A stretch of DNA of 64,000 nt, taken from NCBI GenBank assembly GCA_036724615.1, contig DAIMFL010000003.1, positions 3,149 to 67,148 on the forward strand. Direction: 5' to 3'. Of this stretch, positions 7,649 through 19,622 are shown piece after piece. Numbering within the stretch: position 1 is the first letter of the stretch; every line of letters starts with the position of its first letter. The position numbers were made by a program, and so were the translations under genes. This DNA is from Alphaproteobacteria bacterium. Lineage in GTDB: Bacteria; Pseudomonadota; Alphaproteobacteria; Dongiales; Dongiaceae. A model generated the notes under the pieces. The model saw only the letters and a program-made list of their open reading frames with translations. It searched no databases and was not told where the DNA came from.

Positions 7649-9658
7649 TCAAACCTGGTCGCGCGGGATCTTGCGGTCCCAGGTCCGGTGGAAGACGCGG
7701 GTTTCGCCCTCGAAGGCCTCCATCTCGGCGCGAAGGAAGAAGTTCTCCCGGTCCGCCCATTGCGTCGTCAGGGTTTCGGTCCGGACCTGCCAGTCGCCGC
7801 GCCCCATCGTCATGCTCCAATGCGTTTCGGCCCGCGCGCTCAAAGAATCCTCCGGGCGGATCGCGTAGGTCTCGCGCGCCACCATGCCGACCTCCAGCCC
7901 ATGGGGCTGGATGCGGCGCGCGCCGAAATCGTCGACGATCCGCAACGTCGTCTCGCCGGTCGCGAGATCCTGCTCGATCTTCCGGCTGTTGGCGGGCTTG
8001 CGCAGCGGCTCGGCGCGCTGCGGCGGCGCACCTTCGGGGCCGGGGAACTCGGCCAGCGTCTCCGCACGGGGAGGGCGCACCGGAAGCAGCATGCGGCTCG
8101 CCCCGGCATGGACCGTGAGCGTCACCGGCTCGGGCGACGGCCAGATCATCGGCCAGTAGGCGGTGGAGATCGCGACGCGCAGCCGGTTGCCCGGCGCGAA
8201 GGCGTGGGCGACATCGTTCATCTGCACGCGCACGCGCACGCGCTGGCCGGGCACGAGCGGCTTCGGATTTTCGTGCGACTCCCGGTGCGTCAGATTGAGC
8301 ACGCCGAAGGTGATGCGCGCCGAGCCGCCGTCCGGAAACACCTCGCAGAGCCGCACCGCGACCAGCCCCTGGGGCTTGTCGCTCGTCAGCTCCAGCTCGA
8401 CGACCGGCGCGCCCAGAATCTCCAGTGGCTCCGTCAGCGGCGCGCTGTCGAAGCAGAGCGACCCCGCGTCGTCCGGCCGCTGGTCGGTCGGCGATTCCGG
8501 ACCGAGCCAGATCGGGCACCATTCGCCGCCGGCCATGCCGGTCGTCTGCGGCGAGCTCAGCATCATCGCCGTCTCGGCGCCCGCCGTCGTTTCGAGCCCC
8601 TGCGCATTGAGGCTCCAGACCTGCTCCCCGATGTTGGGTGAGGGCCAGCCGGGCTCGCTCGCCCAGCGGCCGTCGCGATGGGCGTAGAACGCCGCCGGCC
8701 GGACGCTCTCCTGCATGTAGACGCGGTACTCGGGCTCGTCCATGACGCCGGTGTCGATGCCCTTCAGCCACTGGTCCCACCAGCGCAGGCATTCCTGCAG
8801 GAAGCCGATCCTGGGCTCCGGCACGGCAAAGTGGGGATATTTGTGCACCCAGGGGCCGATCAGCCCCTTCTTCGGGCATTTCAGCCCGGCGAGCAGGCGC
8901 GGGACGGCATTGGAGTAGCCGTCCCCCCAGCCGCCCACCGCGTACACCGCAGCTTCGATCGCCGCATAGTCCTCGCAGACCGAGCCGTGCTTCCAGAACG
9001 CGTCGCGCCGCTGATGCTCCAGCCAGTTGGCGACGAGGAGCGGCGTGTTCTCCAGCCGCTCCATCCACATCGCGCGCCAGCGCTCGCCGACCAGCGCCGG
9101 ATCGGGCGGCCGGGACGAGTAGCAGAACATGGTCGAGGCCCAGCCGAGATTCTCGCCGAGCAGGCAGCCGCCCATGTAGTGGATGTCGTCGGCATAGCGG
9201 TCGTCGGTCGAGCAGAGGGTGACGACCGCCTCGAGCGGCTTCGGCCGGCGGGCGGCGACCTGCAGCCCGTTGAAGCCGCCCCAGGAGATGCCGATCATCC
9301 CGACCTTGCCGGTGCACCAGGGCTGCGCGGCGATCCAGTCGATCACCTCGAGCGCGTCGTCCTGCTCCTGCTTCAGGTACTCGTCCCACATCAGCCCGTC
9401 GGACTCGCCGTTGCCGCGCATGTCGACGCGCAGCGCGGCATAGCCATGGCCGGCGAAATAGGGATGGGTGAGGGCGTCTCGATCGATCGTGCCGTCGCGC
9501 TTGCGATAGGGCAGGTATTCGAGAATCGCCGGCACCGGATCGCTCTCCGCATCCTCCGGGAGCCAGATCCGCGCGGCGAGGCGGCAGCCATCGGACAGGG
9601 TGATCCACTGGTTCTCGATCTCCCGCACCTTGCGGGGGAAGCCGGTCACGGTACGCAT
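7649..9658 (-). CDS. CocE/NonD family hydrolase (S15 X-Pro dipeptidyl-peptidase fold)
   Basis: ORF 7649..9760, trimmed to MRTVTGFP with an AGGGAGA SD. Has the ILEYLPYRKRDGT, MRGNGESDG and nucleophile GISWGG motifs. Confidence 0.85.
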   Translation of the reverse strand: MRTVTGFPRKVREIENQWITLSDGCRLAARIWLPEDAESDPVPAILEYLPYRKRDGTIDRDALTHPYFAGHGYAALRVDMRGNGESDGLMWDEYLKQEQDDALEVIDWIAAQPWCTGKVGMIGISWGGFNGLQVAARRPKPLEAVVTLCSTDDRYADDIHYMGGCLLGENLGWASTMFCYSSRPPDPALVGERWRAMWMERLENTPLLVANWLEHQRRDAFWKHGSVCEDYAAIEAAVYAVGGWGDGYSNAVPRLLAGLKCPKKGLIGPWVHKYPHFAVPEPRIGFLQECLRWWDQWLKGIDTGVMDEPEYRVYMQESVRPAAFYAHRDGRWASEPGWPSPNIGEQVWSLNAQGLETTAGAETAMMLSSPQTTGMAGGEWCPIWLGPESPTDQRPDDAGSLCFDSAPLTEPLEILGAPVVELELTSDKPQGLVAVRLCEVFPDGGSARITFGVLNLTHRESHENPKPLVPGQRVRVRVQMNDVAHAFAPGNRLRVAISTAYWPMIWPSPEPVTLTVHAGASRMLLPVRPPRAETLAEFPGPEGAPPQRAEPLRKPANSRKIEQDLATGETTLRIVDDFGARRIQPHGLEVGMVARETYAIRPEDSLSARAETHWSMTMGRGDWQVRTETLTTQWADRENFFLRAEMEAFEGETRVFHRTWDRKIPRDQV

Positions 9659-9826
9659 GATGTCTCCCTGTCGCAGCGACGGCGCGGGCCGGAGGGCCGG
9701 CCGCGACATTAGGTCGGCTCGCGCCCTGCCGACAAGGGCATGCGCAGCCTGGAATTGCACGACCCCGCCCTGCTAGTCTGCGCGCCCCCGCTCGTCGTCC
9801 GCGGGGGCACAGAAAGGGAGTCGTCG

Positions 9827-10201
9827 ATGTCCGCGGTGAAGCTGATCCGCAAGTCCGAGCGCCAGTTCGTCCCCTATGCCGGAGATCCGGCGAAGCCGGA
9901 GGACGGAATCGCCCATATCTGCCGCATGGTCGGCCCGGAGCTCAGCCGGACGATGGGCGTGGGCGTGGCCAGCTTCGAGGGAATCTCCGTGCCGTGGACC
10001 GTCCTCTACGACGAGGCGATCGTGGTGCTCGAAGGCGACTTCCGCCTCAGGGCCGGAGACGACGTGTTCGACTGCAAGCCCGGCGACGTGCTGTGGATCC
10101 CGGAGAACACGCCGATCGTCTACGAGGTCGACGAGGGGAAGAAGGCGACGGTGTTCTATTCGCTCTACCCGGTGGACTGGCGCGCCCGGCACGGGATGTG
10201 A
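9827..10201 (+). CDS. cupin domain protein (EutQ-like)
   Basis: ORF 9740..10201, trimmed to MSAVKLIRK after an AAAGGGAG SD. 124 aa, cupin beta-barrel pattern (VVLEGDFRL...GDVLWIPENTPIVY). Confidence 0.65.
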   Translation: MSAVKLIRKSERQFVPYAGDPAKPEDGIAHICRMVGPELSRTMGVGVASFEGISVPWTVLYDEAIVVLEGDFRLRAGDDVFDCKPGDVLWIPENTPIVYEVDEGKKATVFYSLYPVDWRARHGM

Positions 10202-10204
10202 GGT

Positions 10205-10400
10205 CGTGCGATATCCTCATGCTTCGACAGGCTCAGCATGAGGACGTAGGAGAGGCCTCGTCCTGAGCCTGTCGAAGGGCGAGGCCCGGCTCGGAGGCTC
10301 TTCGCCCCAGGGTTCTTTTCATGCGCGGACTTGATCCGCGCATCCATGGCGCCGCTCGTGCAGGCCTGACGATGGATCGCCGGGTCAGCCCGGCGATGAC
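10205..10400. repeat. cluster of REP-like palindromic elements
   Basis: Four hairpins read directly:
- CCTCATGCT...AGCATGAGG (10214-10243).
- CTTCGACAGGCTCAG / CTGAGCCTGTCGAAG (10221-10277).
- ATGCGCGGA-cttga-TCCGCGCAT (10321-10343).
- ATCGCCGGG-tcag-CCCGGCGAT (10376-10397).
The spurious translations (LRQAQHED, SLSKHED) are typical of intergenic REP families in Rhizobiales-type genomes. Confidence 0.6.
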
Positions 10401-10432
10401 ACTGGAGTAGAGGCGAGAGCTCACGAACTCAA

Positions 10433-10861
10433 TTATTCGATCGGCTCGGCATGTAGCGTGAAGTTCACCCGTAGATAGGCTTGCCAAGCGGGGGCAACCT
10501 CGCGAGCCATATCAAAGTTGGAAAGCTGGTACTGCGTCTCGGCAATGCTGCGACCAACGAACGTCGCCCACGGTTCTGTCGACTGCCTATTGGCTACTTC
10601 GCCACCGATCGCGCCGGTTTTCGAAGAGGTCGCCGATGGAATGAGACCGCACCAAAACCCGGGACAGGGCCTCGGTCTTTTGCCATCCCAATCGAATGCG
10701 TGGTCGATAAGCCAAGCTTCCCACCCAAGGACGGCTACATGATCCTTGGCGCAAGCAGTGAGGAAATCGGCCACGTCGTCGAGCTCCACCCCTAACTCGC
10801 CGTTTGATGCTCTAAACGACCGACGAGATATTTCGTCCGGAACGGAAGGTGGCGCGAGCAC
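10433..10861 (-). CDS. hypothetical protein (lower-GC orphan)
   Basis: 142-aa ORF with a GTG start 5 nt after the stop of the upstream oxidoreductase gene. G+C is about 55-62% per 60-nt line by hand count, against about two-thirds elsewhere. I recognise no family. Confidence 0.45.
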   Translation of the reverse strand: MLAPPSVPDEISRRSFRASNGELGVELDDVADFLTACAKDHVAVLGWEAWLIDHAFDWDGKRPRPCPGFWCGLIPSATSSKTGAIGGEVANRQSTEPWATFVGRSIAETQYQLSNFDMAREVAPAWQAYLRVNFTLHAEPIE

Positions 10862-10866
10862 CGGAC

Positions 10867-12834
10867 TCAGATCTCCGCCGCCACCTTGAGCCCCTCGAAC
10901 ACCGCCTCCTCGGCGGTGCGCGGGGCGAGGCAGTCGCCGATGACGTGGATCTCGCCCGGGTAGTCCTCGAGCTCGTCCTCGAGCGCCGTCACCGGCTCGT
11001 GGCCCTGGGCCAGGACCAGCGTGTTCACGCCTTCGCAGACGATCGCCTCGCCGCTGCCGGTGTGCTGGAGATAGACCGTGTCCGCGTCGGCGCCGAACAG
11101 CCGCGCCTGCGGGATCACCTCGATGCCGAGCCGATGCAGCGTCGCCGACCAGTGGTCGCGGGTGTATTGCTGGATGCGCTGGCCGGGCATGTAGCCGTTC
11201 ACGGCGAGGCGCACGCGGCAGCCGTCCCGGGCGAGCTTTTCGGCGAGGCCCATGCCCACCCAGTCGCAGCGCAGATCCGCGATCACGACCGAGCTGCCGA
11301 TATTGGCCTCGCCGTTCAGCACCTGCCAGGCGTCGACAACATGCATCTCCTCCTCGCCCTCGAAGCTCGGGCGGCGCGGCCGGGCGCCGGTCGCGACGAT
11401 CACCGCGTCGGGCTTCTCCCGCTCGACCATGGCGCGGTCGACCCTGGCGTTCTTCACGACTCGGACGCCGGCGAGCTCCATCTCGCGCGCGAGATTGGTG
11501 ACGATGCCGCCGAACTCCGCGCGGCCGGGCAGGAGCTGCGCGAGCAGCGCCTGGCCGCCCAGCCGGCCGCTCGCCTCGTAGAGGGTCACGTCGTGGCCGC
11601 GCTCGGCGGCGACCGCCGCCGCCTTCATCCCGGCCGGGCCGCCGCCCACCACCATGATCCGGCGCCGGCCGGCCGCCGGTCTGCGCGTGCCGAAGCGCAG
11701 CTCGCGCCCGGTCTCCGGATGCTGGATGCAGGAGATCGGGACACCGAGCTGGAAATGCCCGATGCAGGCCTGGTTGCAGCCGATGCAGGCGCGGATGTCC
11801 TCCAGCCGGCCTTCCTGCGTCTTCTTCGGCATCTCGGGATCGCAGATCATCGCCCGCGTCATGCCGACGAGATCGGCCTGGCCGCTGGCGATCACCTGCT
11901 CGGCGACCTGCGGCTGGTTGATGCGCCCGGCGACGAAGACCGGTTTCGTCACCTTAGCCTTCACCGCGGCGGCGAAGGGCGCGACGTAGCCGGTCGAGTC
12001 CACGAACATCGGCGGCACGATATGGACGGAGCCGCCGATCGTCGCCGAGGAACCGGCGATCACGTTGTAGTAGTCGAGCCCGCCATCGGCATCGAGCGCC
12101 GCGTAGGCGGCGAGGACCTCCTCGGGCTCGAGCCCGTCATGGCCCATCTCGTCCCCGGAAAAACGGATGCCGACGACGAAGTCGGTCCCCACCTCGGCCC
12201 GGATCGCGGCGATGGCCTCGCGCAGGAAGCGCAGGCGATTGTCGAAGCTCCCGCCGTATTCGTCCTCGCGGCGGTTGCAGCGCGGACTCAGGAACTGCGC
12301 CGGCAGATAGCCGTGGCTGGCCACGATCTCGACGCCGTCGAGCCCGGCGGTCCGGAGCCGGCGCGCCGCGGCGCCATAGCCGTCCACGATCTCGCGGATC
12401 ATGCGGCGCGACATCTGGCGCGGGATGACGTGGAAGCGCTCGGTCGGGCTCACCGAGGGGGCATAGGCGACCGGCGCCGTGCCGTCCTGAGTCTCCATGA
12501 TCTCGCGGCCGGGATGGAAGAGCTGGCCGAAGAGATGGCAGCCATGGGCATGGCACATCTCGGCGATCTGGCGGTAGCCGGGGATGCAGTCGTCGCTCGT
12601 CGCCATGAGGAGATGCGCGGTGTAGCGCGCCGTCTCGTGCACGCCGGCCACCTGCATGACGATGAGCCCGACCCCGCCTTCGGCCCGGGCCTTGTGATAG
12701 GCGACCAGGGCCTCGTTCGGCACGAAGTCGGTGGGAAGCGTGGTGTCGTGCCCGGTCGAGAAGATCCGGTTCTTCAGGGTGATCGGACCGACGCGGAGCG
12801 GGGAGAACAGGTGGGGGAAGCGGCTGGCGGACAT
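10867..12834 (-). CDS. OYE-like FMN / 4Fe-4S / FAD-NAD(P) oxidoreductase (2,4-dienoyl-CoA reductase / DgcA / TMADH family)
   Basis: 655 aa. N-terminal NADH:flavin oxidoreductase pattern (FSPLRVGPITLKNRI...), Cys cluster CIGCNQACIGH and Rossmann motif VVGGGPAGMKAA. Confidence 0.88.
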   Translation of the reverse strand: MSASRFPHLFSPLRVGPITLKNRIFSTGHDTTLPTDFVPNEALVAYHKARAEGGVGLIVMQVAGVHETARYTAHLLMATSDDCIPGYRQIAEMCHAHGCHLFGQLFHPGREIMETQDGTAPVAYAPSVSPTERFHVIPRQMSRRMIREIVDGYGAAARRLRTAGLDGVEIVASHGYLPAQFLSPRCNRREDEYGGSFDNRLRFLREAIAAIRAEVGTDFVVGIRFSGDEMGHDGLEPEEVLAAYAALDADGGLDYYNVIAGSSATIGGSVHIVPPMFVDSTGYVAPFAAAVKAKVTKPVFVAGRINQPQVAEQVIASGQADLVGMTRAMICDPEMPKKTQEGRLEDIRACIGCNQACIGHFQLGVPISCIQHPETGRELRFGTRRPAAGRRRIMVVGGGPAGMKAAAVAAERGHDVTLYEASGRLGGQALLAQLLPGRAEFGGIVTNLAREMELAGVRVVKNARVDRAMVEREKPDAVIVATGARPRRPSFEGEEEMHVVDAWQVLNGEANIGSSVVIADLRCDWVGMGLAEKLARDGCRVRLAVNGYMPGQRIQQYTRDHWSATLHRLGIEVIPQARLFGADADTVYLQHTGSGEAIVCEGVNTLVLAQGHEPVTALEDELEDYPGEIHVIGDCLAPRTAEEAVFEGLKVAAEI

Positions 12835-12898
12835 CTGACTGGCAATCGGAAGCGGGCGGTGGGGCGGGACTCTAGCCCTTGCCCGCAGCCGCTGCTAG

Positions 12899-13004
12899 CC
12901 CTCACCCCTCACCCGCCTCGCTTGCGCTCGGCCCCTCTCCCGAGCCGGGAGAGGGAAGAGGGAGGGGCCCGCTGCGCAAGCAGCGGGAGGGTGAGGGGTG
13001 AGGG
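12899..13004. repeat. 106-bp nested palindromic REP element (CCCTCACCCCTCACCC...GGGTGAGGGGTGAGGG)
   Basis: 16-bp perfect outer arms. Inner arms GCTTGCGC/GCGCAAGC and CTCTCCCG-agc-CGGGAGAG. Located just downstream of the E2 gene stop, so it may double as a terminator. Same family as the element at 32119-32226. Confidence 0.7.
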
Positions 13005-13010
13005 AGCACG

Positions 13011-14105
13011 CTAATCCGGCCGCTCCAGGTCCTCGATGAGGGCGGCGAGGAACCGCGCCGCTTCGCCGCCCGTCGCGGCGCGGTGGTCGAAGGTGAGCGA
13101 CAGCGGCAGGATGCGCCGGACCGCGGGCCGGCCGTCGACCGCGACGACCCGCGGCCCGATCTTGCCGGCGCCCACGATGGCGACCTGCGGCGGCACCACC
13201 ACCAGCCCAGCATGGCGGCCGGCGATCATGCCGAAGTTCGACAGGCTGATGGTGGCGCCGCGCAGCTCCTCGACCGGGATGCTCCGGGCCTTCACGTCAC
13301 GTTTCAGCGCCTCCAGCCCGCGCCGGAGATCGGCCATGCTCCGGCTGGTCACGTCGCGCATCACCGGTGCGAAGAGCCCGTCCGGCGTGTCGACCGCGAT
13401 GGCGAGGTCGACGCGGGCATGGACCCGCCGTCCGGGCATGCGTCCGTCGAACCAGGCGTTGAGGTTCGGCTCCGCCTTGCAGGCCGCGCCGATGGCCCGG
13501 ATCAGCCGCGTGGTCGGGTCGCCGTGGTCGCGCCAGCTTTCGATGTCGGCCTCGTCGGTGACGGTGGCGGGCACCACCTCGGCATGGCTCTTCGCCATGT
13601 TCGCGGCCATGGCCCGGCGCACGCCGCGGAGCGGCTCCATCGGCGCCAGCGGCAGCGGCCCTGCAGCGGCCCGATCCACATCGCCGAGCGTAATGGCGCC
13701 GCCCGGGCCGCTACCGGTCACGGTGGCGAGATCGACCCCCATGCGGTCGGCGAGGGCACGCACGGCAGGGGCGGCGCGCAGCCCGCCCGACGTCGGGGCC
13801 GGGCGCGCGAGCTCGGCCATGGCTGCGCTCCCCACCTCGGGCAGCACCGTGCCGACATCCTCGCGGGCCCCGCCCTCCTCGAACTCCACCAGCGGCGAGC
13901 CGACCGCGACGATGTCGCCGGGCTGGCCGTGCAGCTTGCCGATCCGGCCGGAATGAGGCGCGGGGATCTCGACCACCGCCTTCTCGGTCTCGACCGAGAC
14001 CAGGGGCTGGTCGGCGACGACATGGTCGCCGACCGAGACATGCCAGTTGACGATCTCGGCCTCGTGCAGCCCTTCGCCGAGATCGGGCAGGGCGAAGACC
14101 TTCAT
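13011..14105 (-). CDS. 2-oxoacid dehydrogenase complex E2 (dihydrolipoamide acyltransferase)
   Basis: ORF 13011..14498, trimmed to MKVFALPDLGEGLHEAEI (lipoyl domain with ETEKA). ATGA overlap with the E1beta stop. Catalytic domain ends ...LSLTFDHRAATGGEAARF. Confidence 0.9.
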   Translation of the reverse strand: MKVFALPDLGEGLHEAEIVNWHVSVGDHVVADQPLVSVETEKAVVEIPAPHSGRIGKLHGQPGDIVAVGSPLVEFEEGGAREDVGTVLPEVGSAAMAELARPAPTSGGLRAAPAVRALADRMGVDLATVTGSGPGGAITLGDVDRAAAGPLPLAPMEPLRGVRRAMAANMAKSHAEVVPATVTDEADIESWRDHGDPTTRLIRAIGAACKAEPNLNAWFDGRMPGRRVHARVDLAIAVDTPDGLFAPVMRDVTSRSMADLRRGLEALKRDVKARSIPVEELRGATISLSNFGMIAGRHAGLVVVPPQVAIVGAGKIGPRVVAVDGRPAVRRILPLSLTFDHRAATGGEAARFLAALIEDLERPD

Positions 14106-15082
14106 CGGTACTCCAGGGCGCGCCGGGCCGCCGCGAGGATGCGCTTGCGGCCCGGCAGGTAGGCGTGCTCCAGCCGGGGCAGCGGCATCACCACGTCCCA
14201 GCCCGCCACGCGCTGCACCGGGGCGAGCAGGGAAAGCAGCCCGTGCTCGGCCAGCCGCGCGGCGATCTCCGCGCCGAAGCCGCTGGTGAGCGCCGCCTCC
14301 TGGACGATGATGCAGCGGCCGGTCCGCTCCACCGAGGCGAGGATCGTCGCCATGTCGAGCGGCTTCAGCGTGGCCACGTCGATCACCGTCGCCGACACGC
14401 CCTCGGCGGCCATCGCATCCGCGGCCGCCACCACGTCGGGCACCATGCCGCCCCAGGTGACGAGGGTGACATCCGCGCCCTCCCGGAGCGTCACGCATTG
14501 CCCGAGCGGCAGCTCTGCCCCGTCATCGGCCACGTCCTCCTTGCCGGCGCGATAGAGCCGCGTCGGCTCGAGGAAGACGACGGGATCGGGGTCGCGGATC
14601 GCGGCGAGGAGCAGACCATAGGCGCGTGCGGGGGAGGAGGGCTGCACCACCTTGAGCCCTGGGATGGGCGTGAACAGCGCTTCAGTGGCCTCGGAATGAT
14701 GCTCCGGCGCATGGACTCCGCCGCCCGACGGCGCGCGCAGCACCATGGGGCAGGTCAGCCGTCCGCAGGTCCGCGTGCGCAGGCGGCTGGCGTGGTTCAG
14801 CATCTGATCGATGGTCGAGTAGATGAACCCGCTGAACTGGATCTCCGCGACCGGCCGGAAGCCTTGCGCGGCGACGCCGATCGCCATGCCGGCGATGGCG
14901 ATTTCGGCGAGCGGCGTATCGAAGACGCGGGACGCCCCGAAGCGCCGGAGCAGCCCGTCCGTGGCGCGGAACACGCCGCCGTTCACCGCCACGTCCTGGC
15001 CGAAGACCAGCACCGTCGCGTCCTCGGAGAGCGCACGCGCCAGGGCCATGTTGATGGCGCCGACCATCGTGGTCTCAGCCAT
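14102..15082 (-). CDS. 2-oxoacid dehydrogenase E1 component beta subunit
   Basis: 326 aa, transketolase-like pyrimidine-binding and C-terminal domains (FDTPLAEIAIAGMAIG...). 8-nt overlap with the E1alpha gene. Confidence 0.92.
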   Translation of the reverse strand: MAETTMVGAINMALARALSEDATVLVFGQDVAVNGGVFRATDGLLRRFGASRVFDTPLAEIAIAGMAIGVAAQGFRPVAEIQFSGFIYSTIDQMLNHASRLRTRTCGRLTCPMVLRAPSGGGVHAPEHHSEATEALFTPIPGLKVVQPSSPARAYGLLLAAIRDPDPVVFLEPTRLYRAGKEDVADDGAELPLGQCVTLREGADVTLVTWGGMVPDVVAAADAMAAEGVSATVIDVATLKPLDMATILASVERTGRCIIVQEAALTSGFGAEIAARLAEHGLLSLLAPVQRVAGWDVVMPLPRLEHAYLPGRKRILAAARRALEYR

Positions 15083-16196
15083 CCGCGCTCTCCATCAGGG
15101 CGGCGGCGCGCTGCGCGGCGAGGTCCTGCGGCGCAGTGGCATAGCACCGGTCGAACATGCAATCCGGGCCAGCCGCCGCGGTCGCCAGATAGGCCTCCGC
15201 CTCGGCCTCGATCTCCGCGGCGCAGTCGGAGAGCAGCTTCTCCTCGTCGGCCTTCGCCCAGACCCCTGCCGCGACCAGATGATTGCGCAGCCGCGCCAGC
15301 GGCTCGGCCTCCCACCGGCGGCTCACCTCGGCGTCGTCGCGATAGCGGCTCGCGTCGTCCACCGTGGTGTGGTCGGAGAGCCGATAGGTCACCGCCTCCA
15401 CGAGAGTCGGGCCGCCGCCGTCGCGGGCACGGGCGAGGGCGCGTGCCGTCGCATCGGTGACCGCGACCACGTCGTTGCCGTCGACCTGCTCTCCGGGAAT
15501 TCCGGCGGCGATCGCCTTCTGCGCGAGAGTCTCGGCCCGCGTCTGCGCCGCGAGCGGGACGGAGATGGCCCAGCCGTTGTTGTTGACGACGAAGACCGCC
15601 GGCAGGTCCATCACCCCGGCGACGTTCAGCGCCTCGTAGAAATCGCCTTTCGAGGTGGCGCCGTCCCCGAGGATGCAGACCGCCGCACGCGGCTCGCGCC
15701 GCAGCTTGAAGGCGAGCGCGACGCCCACGGCATGCGGCGCGTGCGTGGCGACCGGGATCGAGACGGGGAAATCCTCGCGCGGTCCGGCAAAGTCGCTGCC
15801 GCGCTCGTCGCCGCCCCAGAACAGCAGCAGCTCCCGCGGGCGCACGCCGCGCCAGAGCTGCGCGCCCTGCTCCCGGAAGGACGGCAGCAGGACGTCGTTC
15901 GCCTGCATGGCGGCGGCGACGCCGACCGCGACCGCCTCCTGTCCGAGGGACGAGGCAAAGGTGCCGAGCCGGCCGGTGCGTTGCAGCGAAACCGCCTTGG
16001 CGTCGAAGCTGCGCGTCCGCACCATGGCTCGGTAGAGCGGAACGAGCGCGCGCGGGTCGCGCGCGGAGGGCGGAAGCTCCGCCACGGCGCGTCCGGTATC
16101 GTCGAGAAACTGCGTGTACGCGATCTCGAATCGCGCCGCCACCCGCCCTCCGGCGGGGCGGTCGCTCACGTTCAACACTGGACCGCGCAGGGCCAT
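15075..16196 (-). CDS. 2-oxoacid dehydrogenase E1 component alpha subunit (TPP-dependent; BCKDH/PDH/acetoin family)
   Basis: 373 aa. TPP motif region ILGDGATSKGDFYEALNVA...VVNNNGWAIS. First gene of the E1alpha-E1beta-E2 operon. Confidence 0.9.
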   Translation of the reverse strand: MALRGPVLNVSDRPAGGRVAARFEIAYTQFLDDTGRAVAELPPSARDPRALVPLYRAMVRTRSFDAKAVSLQRTGRLGTFASSLGQEAVAVGVAAAMQANDVLLPSFREQGAQLWRGVRPRELLLFWGGDERGSDFAGPREDFPVSIPVATHAPHAVGVALAFKLRREPRAAVCILGDGATSKGDFYEALNVAGVMDLPAVFVVNNNGWAISVPLAAQTRAETLAQKAIAAGIPGEQVDGNDVVAVTDATARALARARDGGGPTLVEAVTYRLSDHTTVDDASRYRDDAEVSRRWEAEPLARLRNHLVAAGVWAKADEEKLLSDCAAEIEAEAEAYLATAAAGPDCMFDRCYATAPQDLAAQRAAALMESADG

Positions 16197-16424
16197 GGCG
16201 AGTGAAGCCGCATGAGCGCCGAGCCCTCATTGAGCGCCATGTACTGTATTTCCGCTGGAGGAGATTTGTTCCGGGCGGAGAGATCGGCGTGACCAATCGA
16301 GGGCAAAGTTGACCGAATGTTAACCGGGCCTTGCCACAAAGGGCGTCAACTGGTCTGATCCCCGCATCGATTCGCGGCGCCCGTCGCGAGTCCTAGGGGA
16401 CCATCCATCGACGGAGACCTACTC

Positions 16425-16991
16425 GTGAACCAGCGCGACGCTGATTCCCTGGCGGCCACCCGCCGACATTTCCTGAAGCTCGGGGCCGCGACGGCGGCCT
16501 GCGCGGGTTTCATGCCGGGGGCGGCCTATGCGGCCCGCCTCGGAACCGTGGAGCGGAAGCTCGGCTTTCACAACCTGCATACCGGCGAACGCCTGTCGGT
16601 CGCCTATTTCTCCGATGGCGCATACCGGCCGAAGGCCCTCGCCGACATCAACGTCATCCTCCGCGACTGGCGCACCGGCGACATCAAGGACATGGACGTG
16701 CGTCTGCTCGACGTGCTGTGGGAGCTCCATCAGCGCCTCGGTTCGACCAAGCCCTATGACGTGATCTCCGGCTACCGCTCGCCCAAGACCAACGCGACCT
16801 TGGCCAGCACCAGCAGCGGCGTGGCCAAGAAGAGCCTGCACATGGAGGGGATGGCGATCGACATCGCCCTTCCCGACACTAAGCTGTCCATTGTCCGGCA
16901 GACCGCCATGGACATGCAGCGGGGCGGCGTCGGTTACTACCCGAAATCGGGTTTCGTGCACGTCGACGTGGGCAAGGTCCGTTCCTGGTAG
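16425..16991 (+). CDS. DUF882/YcbK (MepK-like) peptidase M15A family protein with Tat-type signal
   Basis: 188 aa, GTG start. Has RRHFLKLGAATAA twin-arginine signal, SGYRSPKTN and HMEGMAIDI zinc-ligand motifs, and YYPKSGFVHVD. Confidence 0.85.
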   Translation: MNQRDADSLAATRRHFLKLGAATAACAGFMPGAAYAARLGTVERKLGFHNLHTGERLSVAYFSDGAYRPKALADINVILRDWRTGDIKDMDVRLLDVLWELHQRLGSTKPYDVISGYRSPKTNATLASTSSGVAKKSLHMEGMAIDIALPDTKLSIVRQTAMDMQRGGVGYYPKSGFVHVDVGKVRSW

Positions 16992-17028
16992 GCGCGCGCC
17001 GCGCATATCGCCCTCAGCGACTTCGAAC

Positions 17029-17066
17029 GGGGCCGCCGTCGCGCAGACGGCGGCCCCGTTTGTTTC
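17029..17066 (+). terminator. rho-independent terminator after the MepK-like gene
   Basis: 12-bp perfect GC-rich stem GGGGCCGCCGTC-gcgca-GACGGCGGCCCC followed by GTTTGTTTC. Confidence 0.65.
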
Positions 17067-17180
17067 GGCCCGGCGCCGGGACCGCCCCGGTTGATGGCCG
17101 GCGAGCCCAGCCGATATAGTCGAACCGCTTCGCGACCGGACACCTGCCGCAAGGTCCGGGCCGCCCCCGTCAACGTCAGG

Positions 17181-19618
<2,438 letters not shown>

Positions 19619-19622
<4 letters not shown>

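Noticed and set aside
10849-13014. 721-aa plus-strand ORF
   Set aside because: Antisense to the OYE/FAD oxidoreductase gene. It also runs through the REP palindrome and has no recognisable motifs.
14106-14498. N-terminal 131-aa extension of the E2 ORF (start at 14498)
   Set aside because: The extension overlaps the E1beta gene in another frame and is Arg/Gly-rich. The lipoyl domain begins at MKVFALPDLGEG with an ATGA overlap to the E1beta stop.
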